The position numbers and the translations under genes were made by a program. The notes beneath the pieces are model-generated. The model was not told the DNA's origin, did no database searches, and saw nothing but the letters and a program-made list of their open reading frames with translations. Of a stretch of 21,689 nt of DNA, positions 1-10,104 are shown piece by piece. Origin of the DNA: Capsulimonadales bacterium. GTDB taxonomy: Bacteria; Armatimonadota; Armatimonadia; Armatimonadales; Armatimonadaceae. Where the stretch lies: positions 1 through 21,689 of the forward strand of contig JANRLW010000052.1 in NCBI GenBank assembly GCA_033762295.1, written 5' to 3'. The first letter of the stretch is position 1, and each line of letters begins with the position of its first letter.

Positions 1-1
1 G

Positions 2-1456
<1,455 letters not shown>

Positions 1457-1463
1457 GGGGAGG
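1457..1463 (+). promoter_or_regulatory. Shine-Dalgarno site of the RT gene
   Basis: GGGGAGG directly after the upstream TAA and 8 nt before ATG 1472. Confidence 0.75.
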
Positions 1464-1471
1464 ATCGCGCT

Positions 1472-2899
1472 ATGAATTCGGCGGAACGGGACCGTTTGAA
1501 GCAGATCGGAAAACCGGCATTTATTCGCGAGGAGATGACGCGACTGGGGTTCTGGCCTCCATCGCCGGACGTCGCCGAAAAAGCCAGGGATGCCGAAGCG
1601 CAACTACGGATACTTTATCGGGAACTGACGCGTCTGCAAACCGACCTGACGATGGTCGAGAAGGAGATCGCCACCGTCGGCGATATCCCCCGTCTTCTGG
1701 CGGAGATTCGCCGGGCGCGCATCGAGCGGGTCCGGGCGCAGCGGGCGCGACGGAAAGAAGAAAATGCCGCAGCCGTGGAGGCACGGCGGGCGCGGGACCG
1801 GGAGTGGCGCCGGACGCTTCCTTACCTCGGGCGCGAGGTTTCGAGCGGTCTTCGGTTCGGCGAGGAGTCGCCATCTCATCAACCGGAAAAGGTTGCCGAT
1901 TCCGGCCTGCCGTCCCTGGCGTCGGCGGCGGATATTGCCCGCGCGATCGGTATTCCGGAGAACGAGCTGGCGTTCCTGGCATTTCATCGGTCGGCGGTGG
2001 GAACGGATCACTACTCCCGTTTCGCCATTCCCAAAAAAAAGGGCGGGGTGCGGGTTATCTCCTCTCCGAAGCGTCGTCTGCGAGTCGCCCAGGGATGGCT
2101 TCTGGTTTCGATCCTGGAGAAATTGCCGGTTCACGACGCGGCGATGGCTTTCCGTCCCGGTCGGTCGGTGGTCGATAATGCCGTCCCTCACCGGGGAAAG
2201 GCGGTCGTCGTCAAGACGGATTTGAAGGATTTCTTCCCTTCCATCACCTGGCGGCGGGTCAAGCGATTGTTTCAGTCGTTAGGGTACGGGGAGGGCGTTT
2301 CAACGATTCTTTCCCTGATCGCGACGGAAACGCCAAGGATCGCCGTTCTTCTGGACGGGAAGCGACGTTTTGCGGCGGTCGGTGAAAGAGCGTTACCACA
2401 GGGCGCCTGTACGTCGCCGGCCATTACCAACCTTCTCTGTCGGCGGATGGATGCCCGGCTTGCAGGAGCGGCGAACGCGTTCGGATTTACCTACACTCGT
2501 TACGCGGATGACCTGACGTTCTCGCATGAGGACCCGGAGGCGAAGGTCGGAGGGCTTCTTTCCCTCGTCCGAGCCATCATCGCCGACGAAAAATTCGTGA
2601 TCAAGGAAGAAAAAACACAGATTCTCCGTCCCCAGGATCGGCAGGTCGTGACCGGACTGGTGGTCAACGGGGACGCACGGCCGCGGGTAAGCCGGGATGA
2701 TCTGCGGAGGTTTCGGGCGTTCCTGCACCAGTGCGAAACGCGCGGTCACGAGGCGATGAGCGAACGGATCGGCAAGGACGCCTACGCCTACGCCGCCGGT
2801 TATCTGTCCTATTTGCATATGACACGCCCCGAGGTCGCGGCCCGTATCGCCTATGCGCACCCATGGCTCAATCGCTGGCAAAAGGGAACGGACGGTTGA
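1472..2899 (+). CDS. Retron-type reverse transcriptase with N-terminal helical extension (475 aa)
   Basis: RT motifs IPKKKGGVRVISSP, DLKDFFPSI, LPQGACTSP and YTRYADDLTFS (YADD at 2501-2512). Retron-specific region X NAVPH (2177-2191) and region Y VTG (QVVTGLVVN, 2648-2656). No intron maturase/HNH or Cas1 fusion visible. Confidence 0.92.
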   Translation: MNSAERDRLKQIGKPAFIREEMTRLGFWPPSPDVAEKARDAEAQLRILYRELTRLQTDLTMVEKEIATVGDIPRLLAEIRRARIERVRAQRARRKEENAAAVEARRARDREWRRTLPYLGREVSSGLRFGEESPSHQPEKVADSGLPSLASAADIARAIGIPENELAFLAFHRSAVGTDHYSRFAIPKKKGGVRVISSPKRRLRVAQGWLLVSILEKLPVHDAAMAFRPGRSVVDNAVPHRGKAVVVKTDLKDFFPSITWRRVKRLFQSLGYGEGVSTILSLIATETPRIAVLLDGKRRFAAVGERALPQGACTSPAITNLLCRRMDARLAGAANAFGFTYTRYADDLTFSHEDPEAKVGGLLSLVRAIIADEKFVIKEEKTQILRPQDRQVVTGLVVNGDARPRVSRDDLRRFRAFLHQCETRGHEAMSERIGKDAYAYAAGYLSYLHMTRPEVAARIAYAHPWLNRWQKGTDG

Positions 2900-3749
2900 C
2901 GTCCGTCTTTTGACCCACCACCACTCGACCGATGCCGGCGAGATCCTTCCGTATGGCGGTCGGTCGAAATCCGGCATCGGAGAACAGGGCGGCAACTTCG
3001 TCGGCCTGTCCCTGTCCGACCTCCGTCGCAAGAATTCCCTGAAGCAGCGGTTCGGATTCCGCGGTCAGGCGACGATGAAAGAGCAGGGCGTCCTCCGAAA
3101 GGCCAAGAGCGATCCCGGGTTCGAAGTCGCGGACTTCCGGTTCCAGTTGTTCGATTTCGGACGGGGCGATATATGGCGGATTGCTGACGATGATGTCGTA
3201 GGGACCCTTTGCGGAAAGCGGCATCAACAGGTCTCCCTGTCGCAGGGTTATCTGTCGCTCGACCCCATGCCGTTCACAATTCGCCGCCGCGACGGCCAAT
3301 GCTTCCTGACAGATATCGACGGCATCGATCGTCGCCGTCGGGAGATGCCGGGCGAGGGCGACGGCGACACATCCGGACCCGGTCCCGATATCGGCGATTC
3401 GCGGATGCGAAAGCGTCGAAGCGTACGTCAGAGCCGTTTCGACCAGCAGTTCCGTTTCCGGTCTTGGAATTAGAACCGCCGGTGTGACCAGGAAGGTAAG
3501 TCCGTAAAAATCCCGTTCGCCGAAAAGATACGCCAGCGGTTCGCGTCGTTCCCGCCGCCGCAGCCATTGTTCGAACCGGTCCCGGTCGGCATCGGTCAGA
3601 GGAAGTTCGGGGCGGAGGATCAACTCCTCACGGGATAGATTCGCCGCCCGCATCAGTATGAGCCGGGCTTCGGCGCGCGCTTCGGAGGCGGGCAGTCCGG
3701 CATCGGCCAGTCGTTGCGATGCCTCGTAGAGGGCTGCCTGTCGGTTCAT
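2868..3749 (-). CDS. prmC: Release factor glutamine methyltransferase PrmC/HemK (293 aa)
   Basis: EPLAYLFG.RDFYG, VLIPRPETE, DIGTGSG and VSNPPY motifs. Start set to ATG 3749, which overlaps the acpS stop as ATGA. Confidence 0.95.
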   Translation of the reverse strand: MNRQAALYEASQRLADAGLPASEARAEARLILMRAANLSREELILRPELPLTDADRDRFEQWLRRRERREPLAYLFGERDFYGLTFLVTPAVLIPRPETELLVETALTYASTLSHPRIADIGTGSGCVAVALARHLPTATIDAVDICQEALAVAAANCERHGVERQITLRQGDLLMPLSAKGPYDIIVSNPPYIAPSEIEQLEPEVRDFEPGIALGLSEDALLFHRRLTAESEPLLQGILATEVGQGQADEVAALFSDAGFRPTAIRKDLAGIGRVVVGQKTDVNRPFPFASD

Positions 3750-4153
3750 ACGGCGGGGGTATCGGTGAGGACGGCGAATGCCACCGCCATATGGTCGAGA
3801 TGGCTGAGGGAGATCAGCACGGCGCGGCCGTTGGCGCGAACCGAGGCGCGGCCGTGTAGCCGAACGGAGGGAAAGCCGGTCAGGGCACGAACGATTTCGA
3901 TCTCGTTCAGGGAACACCCGCCGCCCAGGCACTTGATGACCGATTCCTTGGCCGCGAACCGCGCGGCGATATGGGGAGCGGGGTCGGGGCGGGAAAAACA
4001 GTAGGCGGCTTCCGCTTCGGAGAGCACCTTTCGGGCAAACCGGTCGGAGTAGCGGGCCAAAACGTCGCGGACCCGGTCGACGTCGACCAGGTCCACTCCG
4101 ATGGCGAGTGCATTCCCCGGGAGAACACCGGGGTACGCCGGTGCCGGGCTCAT
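3746..4153 (-). CDS. acpS: Holo-[acyl-carrier-protein] synthase (135 aa)
   Basis: [18 protein letters not shown] and ISLSH motifs. ATG 4153 overlaps the trxB stop as ATGA. Confidence 0.93.
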   Translation of the reverse strand: MSPAPAYPGVLPGNALAIGVDLVDVDRVRDVLARYSDRFARKVLSEAEAAYCFSRPDPAPHIAARFAAKESVIKCLGGGCSLNEIEIVRALTGFPSVRLHGRASVRANGRAVLISLSHLDHMAVAFAVLTDTPAV

Positions 4154-5133
4154 GAGTGTGCGGCCGCCTCTTCGGCTTCGAGGAACCGGGTGGCATCCAT
4201 GGCGGCCATGCATCCGGAGCCTGCCGCCGTAATCGCCTGACGATAGACAGTATCGTGAACGTCACCGGCGGCGTAAACGCCGGGAATCCCGGTGCGTGTT
4301 CCGGTGGTGACGCAGATGTAGCCGTTGTCGTCCAGGTCCAACTGTCCTTTGAAGAGGTCGGTATTCGGCTTATGTCCGATGGCGATGAAGACGCCATCCG
4401 CCGGCAGTACGGTCTCCTCCAACGTCAGAAGGTTCTGCAGGCGGACGCCGGTGACTTTCCCTTCCGCCGGGTCGAGGATCTCCTTTACGGCGGAGTTCCA
4501 GACGAAGCGGATCTTTTCGTTCTTCAACGCGCGGTCGGCCATGATCTTGGAGGCGCGGAGCGTATCCCGCCGATGCACGACCGTGACGGTTTTGGCGAGA
4601 CGCGCCAGATAAAGCGCCTCCTCCATGGCGGTATCGCCGCCGCCGATGACGACGACATCTCTCCCACGGAAGAAGAAGCCGTCACAGGTGGCGCACGCCG
4701 AAACGCCTCGATTGTAGAGAGCGGTTTCGGAGGGCAGTCCGAGCCATTTTGCGGATGCGCCGGTCGCGATGATCAGGGTCCGGGCGCGAATCGTCCGTCC
4801 GGTGTTCGTTTCGATGGTGAACGGCCGATGAGAAAGGTCGACCTTCAATGCGATATCTAGGATGACCGTGGCTCCGACTCGTTCCGCCTGCCCCTGCATC
4901 TGCTCCATGAGTTCCGGGCCGCCGATCGGGTCTTTGAAGCCCGGAAAGTTTTCGACGTACGTCGTGATCATAAGCTGTCCGCCGGGCTGGAGGCCCCCGA
5001 GGACGAGCGGCTCCATATTGGCACGGGCAGCGTAAATGGCCGCGGTCAGTCCGGCGGGGCCGCTTCCGAGAATGACGACGTTCCAGATATCCTTGTCCGC
5101 TTCGGCGGTCGTTCCGTTTGCGATGTCACTCAT
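4150..5133 (-). CDS. trxB: Thioredoxin-disulfide reductase
   Basis: GSGPAG FAD motif, [10 protein letters not shown] redox pair, [15 protein letters not shown] motif, YAAGDV...[10 protein letters not shown]. Confidence 0.97.
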   Translation of the reverse strand: MSDIANGTTAEADKDIWNVVILGSGPAGLTAAIYAARANMEPLVLGGLQPGGQLMITTYVENFPGFKDPIGGPELMEQMQGQAERVGATVILDIALKVDLSHRPFTIETNTGRTIRARTLIIATGASAKWLGLPSETALYNRGVSACATCDGFFFRGRDVVVIGGGDTAMEEALYLARLAKTVTVVHRRDTLRASKIMADRALKNEKIRFVWNSAVKEILDPAEGKVTGVRLQNLLTLEETVLPADGVFIAIGHKPNTDLFKGQLDLDDNGYICVTTGTRTGIPGVYAAGDVHDTVYRQAITAAGSGCMAAMDATRFLEAEEAAAHS

Positions 5134-5210
5134 TTTCGTTCGCTTTCAAATAAATCGGCTTCCGTTCCGCGGTCGCCTCCGATCGTCCGCTTCCGCCACG
5201 AAACCGTCGC

Positions 5211-5219
5211 ATTCTACCA
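5211..5219 (-). promoter_or_regulatory. Putative extended -10 promoter for trxB-acpS-prmC
   Basis: TG-G-TAGAAT on the minus strand in the intergenic region, 77 nt upstream of the trxB ATG. Confidence 0.45.
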
Positions 5220-5244
5220 TGAGGCGACCCACGGTCCGAGGCGT

Positions 5245-5568
5245 TTACGTTTGGGAGGCCGACGAAAGTTCGGCGAGTCGCCGTTCTCTTTCCGCTTCGT
5301 CGATTCCGGTCAGACCGAACCGCTTCTCCCGGGAGGTCTCGCCGGAAAGAAGCGTCACCTGATGGCGGCGAAGTCCGAAGACCGCGGCGACCAGTTCCAG
5401 ACACGCTCGATTGGCGGCGCCATCCACGGGCGGCGCGGCCACGCGTAACAGAAGCAACTCCTCTTCGGGCCGATAACCGATCACGGCATCCTTCCCGCCG
5501 CGCGGCGTGACCCTTACACGAACACTGACACCGGTCCGGAGCGACCGGTTCCCCGTCGCTTCACTCAT
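5245..5568 (-). CDS. DUF167/UPF0235 (YggU-like) protein (107 aa)
   Basis: VRVTPRGGKD...LRVAAPPVDGAAN...LSGETSREK family pattern. Start set to ATG 5568, overlapping the upstream gene end. Confidence 0.88.
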   Translation of the reverse strand: MSEATGNRSLRTGVSVRVRVTPRGGKDAVIGYRPEEELLLLRVAAPPVDGAANRACLELVAAVFGLRRHQVTLLSGETSREKRFGLTGIDEAERERRLAELSSASQT

Positions 5569-6124
5569 ATCGGAAGCCGGAGCGTGTATTGTCAAACCGA
5601 AGCAGGAAAATCGAGTTGCCTTCGCTCCCCTGCGTCCGTTCGGGCACCTGAACGAAAACCAGGTCGTTGCCTTTTTGGAACTGGGCGCTGATACGGGTGA
5701 CGCCTCCGGTCTCCCGGGATTCCCGTTTGATAAGCCGGTAGCCGTTTGCGGGGAGCGTTTTCTCATACCAGGAGAGGACGGTTTCCGGCGAATCCTGGGT
5801 ACGAAGCGTGGCGACCGCGGCATCGGTGAAGAGATTGAGCCGTTTCATCACAACGACGGTGGTTCGTAAGGCCCGATACTCCGTTCCCTGTTCCAGCCGG
5901 GACTCCGGGTAAAAGGGAACGCCTTTCAGGGAGGCGGCGATCTGTTGCGGTGTCAGCGGTTTCCCCGCTTCCTTCTCCGCCTCGGAAAGGGCTTCCTTCG
6001 CGGCGTTGAAAACCCTCGTGCCAAGGGCGAGACAACCGATCATACCGGCGAAAAAGAGGACGGCGCATCCGATGCCGACATAAAACCACGGAGACCTGGG
6101 TTTGGAGACGTTCTGGTAGGACAT
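5561..6124 (-). CDS. Hypothetical single-pass membrane protein (187 aa)
   Basis: N-terminal hydrophobic segment WFYVGIGCAVLFFAGMIGCLALG; GGGGA upstream of ATG; fits the gene tiling. Confidence 0.75.
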   Translation of the reverse strand: MSYQNVSKPRSPWFYVGIGCAVLFFAGMIGCLALGTRVFNAAKEALSEAEKEAGKPLTPQQIAASLKGVPFYPESRLEQGTEYRALRTTVVVMKRLNLFTDAAVATLRTQDSPETVLSWYEKTLPANGYRLIKRESRETGGVTRISAQFQKGNDLVFVQVPERTQGSEGNSIFLLRFDNTRSGFRYE

Positions 6125-6181
6125 GATTTCCCCAACGAAACGGGATTTGGCGGTTTGACACGGCTCGAAGCCGGACGGTTG

Positions 6182-7720
6182 CTAACGATCGCCGAACAGG
6201 AGGGAAAGATAAAGATAGGTGGCCGAATTTTGAAGGAAATGCGCGGTTATCGACGGGACGAGGCTCTGCCGCAGTTCGCGCAGAGTCCCGAACGTTATCC
6301 CGAGTCCCAGAATCGGCAGCCAGTCCTGGACCGGATGTCCGATGGCAAATACGACGGCGGACACGATCACCGAAAACACCGCGCCATACCGTTTCCGTAA
6401 GCCGGTCAGGAAGACGCCGCGAAAGAACAGTTCCTCGCAGAGGGGCGCAGCGATGGCGATCAGGAAAAACAGGAGGATACGGTCGACCGGATCATTCCGG
6501 GAGGCGATCAACGACATCGCGGGATTCGGTGTGACCTGGACGTTATCCCGAAAGATCCGTTCCGAAACCTGCCCGAGCAAAAAAAGCAAAGGCAGGCTGG
6601 CGCAGTATCCCAGAATGCCATATCCGATATCGCGGAAAATTCCGGTGGAGGTGAGACCGACATCGGCGGGAACCCCAAATTTTCGCTTCATGGACACGGC
6701 CAGATAAATCGCCGCCAGAACATGGGGGAAGAGGTAGGCTCCGAGTTCGAAGAGAAGGAACACGGTACCGTCCCCGCCCGCCGCCAGCGTTGCCCGATTG
6801 CGTCCGAGGAGAGAACTCAGGAGAGCGCCCAGTACGAGTCGCGAACCTTCGAACACCATGAAGTAGAACGCGAAAACGTCGATCAGGTCCATGAAGGTGA
6901 CCGGGGACGGTCGAGGGAAAACCTCCCCGACGAGGTCGCCGCGCTTGAAAAGGGCGGCTTGCGCGAAAAAAATCAGGAAACCGACCCCGGTGAAGAAGGC
7001 AAGGACGCCGACAACGGAAAGGAAAATAAAGATCGCTAGAAAGTTCACGGAACGACGGTTCCGCTCTGCGATCAGTCGGGCGGCGCCCGAGCGGTCACCG
7101 GTGCGTTCAAGCAGGTCGATCGTCGCCTGCAGCCCAAGGATCCGCAGGTCCATGGCATCGATGCGTCGGCGGGCGTCGGCGGGAGGTGTCGGGCTTCCGG
7201 GAACGTAAAGCGCTTTCCAGAGGGCGATTTCCGGGGCGATTTCTCCGGGAGCGGTGCCTCGTTTTCGGAGAAGGGCTGGTAGCTTTTCGTTCAATAACCG
7301 TGGATCGGTCGGTTTCCCGGCGAGGTGTTCAAGGATCAGGATGCGCCGGGCGACGTTCGCCGAGGTCGTGACCGGGAGCGCCTCCCGGTAGGTTTTGATG
7401 GCGGAATCGAGGGACATCCGGTCGATCGATGCGGCACCCGTCTCGGTTTTCGTGCGCTCGCCGAACCTATGGAACGCCAGTGCGACGCGGGTTTCCGCTT
7501 CGCCGGCGGTGGCCGTTCGAAATTCGATCGCGGAGGGGCCGCGTAACGTCGGTTGCCGGGCGTTACGGTTCTCCGGTCGTTCGAGAGCGGCCATCGCGAC
7601 CAGCGATAGGACTCCGAGGGCCAGCCAGAGAAGTGTGTGAAACGGTATTCGCCGCCCGCCCGCCTCGCTTCCCGGTCGGCCATCCCGATTGTTTTCGGAA
7701 GTGATCTCTTCGGTTGGCAC
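6182..7720 (-). CDS. CPBP (CAAX/Abi family) intramembrane glutamic endopeptidase with extended N-terminal region
   Basis: APLCEELFFRG (EExxxR), FAIGH (FxxxH) and AHFLQN (HxxxN) motifs; multiple TM segments; GTG start. Confidence 0.88.
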   Translation of the reverse strand: MPTEEITSENNRDGRPGSEAGGRRIPFHTLLWLALGVLSLVAMAALERPENRNARQPTLRGPSAIEFRTATAGEAETRVALAFHRFGERTKTETGAASIDRMSLDSAIKTYREALPVTTSANVARRILILEHLAGKPTDPRLLNEKLPALLRKRGTAPGEIAPEIALWKALYVPGSPTPPADARRRIDAMDLRILGLQATIDLLERTGDRSGAARLIAERNRRSVNFLAIFIFLSVVGVLAFFTGVGFLIFFAQAALFKRGDLVGEVFPRPSPVTFMDLIDVFAFYFMVFEGSRLVLGALLSSLLGRNRATLAAGGDGTVFLLFELGAYLFPHVLAAIYLAVSMKRKFGVPADVGLTSTGIFRDIGYGILGYCASLPLLFLLGQVSERIFRDNVQVTPNPAMSLIASRNDPVDRILLFFLIAIAAPLCEELFFRGVFLTGLRKRYGAVFSVIVSAVVFAIGHPVQDWLPILGLGITFGTLRELRQSLVPSITAHFLQNSATYLYLSLLFGDR

Positions 7721-7737
7721 AAATCACGCTTTCGGAG

Positions 7738-8355
7738 TTAGCCGCCGGACGCCAGTTGTCGCTTCGTCCGGGCAAGATTGGGTGGTCCGGAGGGAAAATT
7801 CGGGAATTTGCGGACGACTTCCTGCCAGGTGGCGACGGACTGCTTTAGATTGTTATTTTTTTCGTAGCAGTGGGCGAGTTCGACGTAGACCAGGGGGCCG
7901 GCCTTGGGCAGTTTCACCGCCTTTTGCAGGTAGGGTAACGCCGCTTCGTGGCGTTTGGTCCGCATCAGGTGGCTTCCGAACTCGTAAAGCAGACTGAGCT
8001 GGTTTTTGCTGCGCTTCAGCCCCATCTCCAGAAAGCGGTCCGCCGCTGCGGAGTCTCCCTGGCTCCAGAGCAGATAGGCCGCGTTCTCGTAGGCTTCCGT
8101 GAAGGAGGGGTCGGCCTCCACGATGATGCGGCACAACGACACGATGCGATTGTAGTCGCCGTCATGGAAGTACTTATCCGTGTACCGGTAGAGGTTGTCG
8201 ACGACCCGTTCGGAGATGCCCGCCACCTGGTTTTTCGAGGACGTTAACGGCCCACCCGCAGCTGCGGAGGGTTTGCCGGTCTGGGCCTGAGACGGGGCGA
8301 CGGCGAGCAGAAGGCAGCCGACAACGGCGTGAAGGAGTCCGTGTTCTTTTCGCAT
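7738..8355 (-). CDS. Secreted tetratricopeptide-repeat protein (205 aa)
   Basis: Signal peptide MRKEHGLLHAVVGCLLLAVAPSQA; TPR-like helical pairs (EAYENAAYLLW, LLYEFGSHL, VYVELAHCY). Start set to ATG 8355. Confidence 0.75.
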   Translation of the reverse strand: MRKEHGLLHAVVGCLLLAVAPSQAQTGKPSAAAGGPLTSSKNQVAGISERVVDNLYRYTDKYFHDGDYNRIVSLCRIIVEADPSFTEAYENAAYLLWSQGDSAAADRFLEMGLKRSKNQLSLLYEFGSHLMRTKRHEAALPYLQKAVKLPKAGPLVYVELAHCYEKNNNLKQSVATWQEVVRKFPNFPSGPPNLARTKRQLASGG

Positions 8356-8364
8356 AGTTCGTTT

Positions 8365-8373
8365 ATTGTAGCA
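8365..8373 (-). promoter_or_regulatory. Putative extended -10 promoter, near-leaderless, for the TPR gene
   Basis: TG-C-TACAAT 9 nt before ATG 8355; no SD in between. Confidence 0.5.
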
Positions 8374-8410
8374 CAAATCCGAAGGGGGGAAGCCGCCGGG
8401 AACCGCGTGT

Positions 8411-9154
8411 TCAGGCGTTCCGGGCGAAAACGCGCGGCCCGACGGTACGAAAACCGACGCGTGCGGGCTGTTGACGCCAGGGTTTGACCACGAGCGTAAA
8501 TCCTTCGGGCGGAGCCGCCAACCCGTACATCGCGACGGAGCAGCCGTGTCGAACCGCCCAGGCGTTATCGCCATACGAGAAGTGCCACCATTCGTCTCTG
8601 CAGTTGGAGAATCCGACCGAGAGCAGGGTTTCGACCAGAAGCATCCGGTTTCTTTTCGCCTCGGGACCGATCAAATCGGACCATGTGTAGGCCGCTTCCC
8701 AACCGCGCGTCGGCGAGGTAACATCCTGCGTTTCGAAGTCCGGGCCGAGAAGCGCGACGTCGATGGCTCCTCCGGTGGTGTGACCGGGGGGCGCGGGGTA
8801 ATCCGGGGCGGCGAAGTATTTGTTGGTGATCCGCCTCAGTGCGGAGACCGGCAGGTGCGGTTTCTCCGCTTTCAGACGGTTATAGTTTCGCCAGTACATT
8901 TCGCTCTGCATCTCCAGGGTGCGAAGGGCGGTGGAAACGGAGTAGCGGTACCCCTCCGGCAGGCGGTCGTTGGCCCGGTTCAGCATCAGGGCGACGGTCC
9001 GGCGAAGATAGGGCAGGCACCCGGGCCGGAGAAGGACGTGCGGACAGGCATCCCGAAGATCGACCAGCGGTTCGCCGCACTCGACGATCGGAATGCGGTT
9101 GAGCGCACCGAACGGTTCGGGGCTGCCCTTCAGCGGTGAACTTTTCCGGCTCAT
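8411..9154 (-). CDS. D-alanyl-D-alanine dipeptidase, peptidase M15D (VanX/DdpX-like) (247 aa)
   Basis: Zn-peptidase motifs PGHTTGGAIDV and DEWWHFSYGD; ECGEPLVDL N-terminus. ATG 9154 overlaps the dapF stop as ATGA. Confidence 0.85.
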   Translation of the reverse strand: MSRKSSPLKGSPEPFGALNRIPIVECGEPLVDLRDACPHVLLRPGCLPYLRRTVALMLNRANDRLPEGYRYSVSTALRTLEMQSEMYWRNYNRLKAEKPHLPVSALRRITNKYFAAPDYPAPPGHTTGGAIDVALLGPDFETQDVTSPTRGWEAAYTWSDLIGPEAKRNRMLLVETLLSVGFSNCRDEWWHFSYGDNAWAVRHGCSVAMYGLAAPPEGFTLVVKPWRQQPARVGFRTVGPRVFARNA

Positions 9155-10104
9155 CGTTCGATCCCCTCCGACAAACGGCCGGTAAAGGTAACGGTCGCCG
9201 GACCGATCAGGGTTACCGGGCCGAACCCTGCGATGTCCGGGTTGGGCGATTGCTCCCGATCGAAAGCGGTCGACAGGGTTCCACCGGCGGTAACCACATC
9301 GCACCGGAACCGATCCCGACGAGCTTCCGAATCGAATGCGTTAATCCGGCCTTCCAGGGCCGAAACGACGGAAGCGGCGCATGCGCCGGTGCCGCATCCG
9401 AGCGTTTCACCGACCCCCCGTTCCCAAATCCGCAGGCGAACGCGCGGCGGCATCGTTGCCGAACCGGCGTGTTCAACCACGGTCCAGAGGACGGAGGTTC
9501 GTTCCGGGAACAGCGGATGGCATTCGATTTCCGGGGAAATCCGGAAGAAGGTATCGTTGTCCGGAAGAGTCGGAACGAATATCACGGTGTGCGTCGAACC
9601 CGTATTGACCGGGGTGACGACCAGAATATCGTCCGGCGTCACGGTAAGTGAGAAGGAGCGGCCTACCGTGTCCGGGGTGACTTCACGGGGGATCGCCTCC
9701 GGCGCGAAACACGGTTCGGCCATCCGGACGGCAATCCGTCCCTCCGGTTCCGTCGTGTCGGCGTTTCGGAGCGAAAATTGATGAAGTCCGTCCACCGCTT
9801 CCGCCATACCTTCGTCGGTGGTGAACCAGCTTCGTTCCCGTGCGAAGCGGATGACACAACGAAGACCGTTCCCGCACATATCCTCGGTTCCGTCGGGATT
9901 GAACATACGCATCCGCACGTCAGCGACATCGGAGGGGAGGACCACCAGAAGCCCGTCACCACCGATCCCGGTGTGTCGGTCGCACAGGTCGAGAGCGATG
10001 GGCGGCCAGTCCGTCTCCGGCGGCCAGGCGGTGGCATCCACGACGACGAAATCGTTACCGACCGCCTGCATCTTGGCGAACGGTCGGCCCGAACCGGAGG
10101 TCAT
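9151..10104 (-). CDS. dapF: Diaminopimelate epimerase
   Basis: FAKMQAVGNDF, GIGGDG, FNPDGTEDMCGNGLRC and WERGVGETLGCGTGA; both catalytic cysteines present. Confidence 0.95.
   Translation of the reverse strand: MTSGSGRPFAKMQAVGNDFVVVDATAWPPETDWPPIALDLCDRHTGIGGDGLLVVLPSDVADVRMRMFNPDGTEDMCGNGLRCVIRFARERSWFTTDEGMAEAVDGLHQFSLRNADTTEPEGRIAVRMAEPCFAPEAIPREVTPDTVGRSFSLTVTPDDILVVTPVNTGSTHTVIFVPTLPDNDTFFRISPEIECHPLFPERTSVLWTVVEHAGSATMPPRVRLRIWERGVGETLGCGTGACAASVVSALEGRINAFDSEARRDRFRCDVVTAGGTLSTAFDREQSPNPDIAGFGPVTLIGPATVTFTGRLSEGIER

Noticed and set aside
1472..2899. RT as part of a group II intron, DGR or CRISPR-RT
   Set aside because: It has retron NAxxH and VTG motifs. There is no room for intron RNA, and no template/variable repeat pair, avd-like gene, cas gene or array was seen.
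3750..4397. N-terminal extension of the listed 509-aa PrmC ORF
   Set aside because: It overlaps acpS and trxB in another frame and is Arg/Pro-rich. The ATGA overlap at 3746-3749 marks the real start.
8411..9154. Vancomycin-resistance cluster
   Set aside because: Only a VanX-like dipeptidase is present; no vanH, vanA/B ligase or vanRS in the window.
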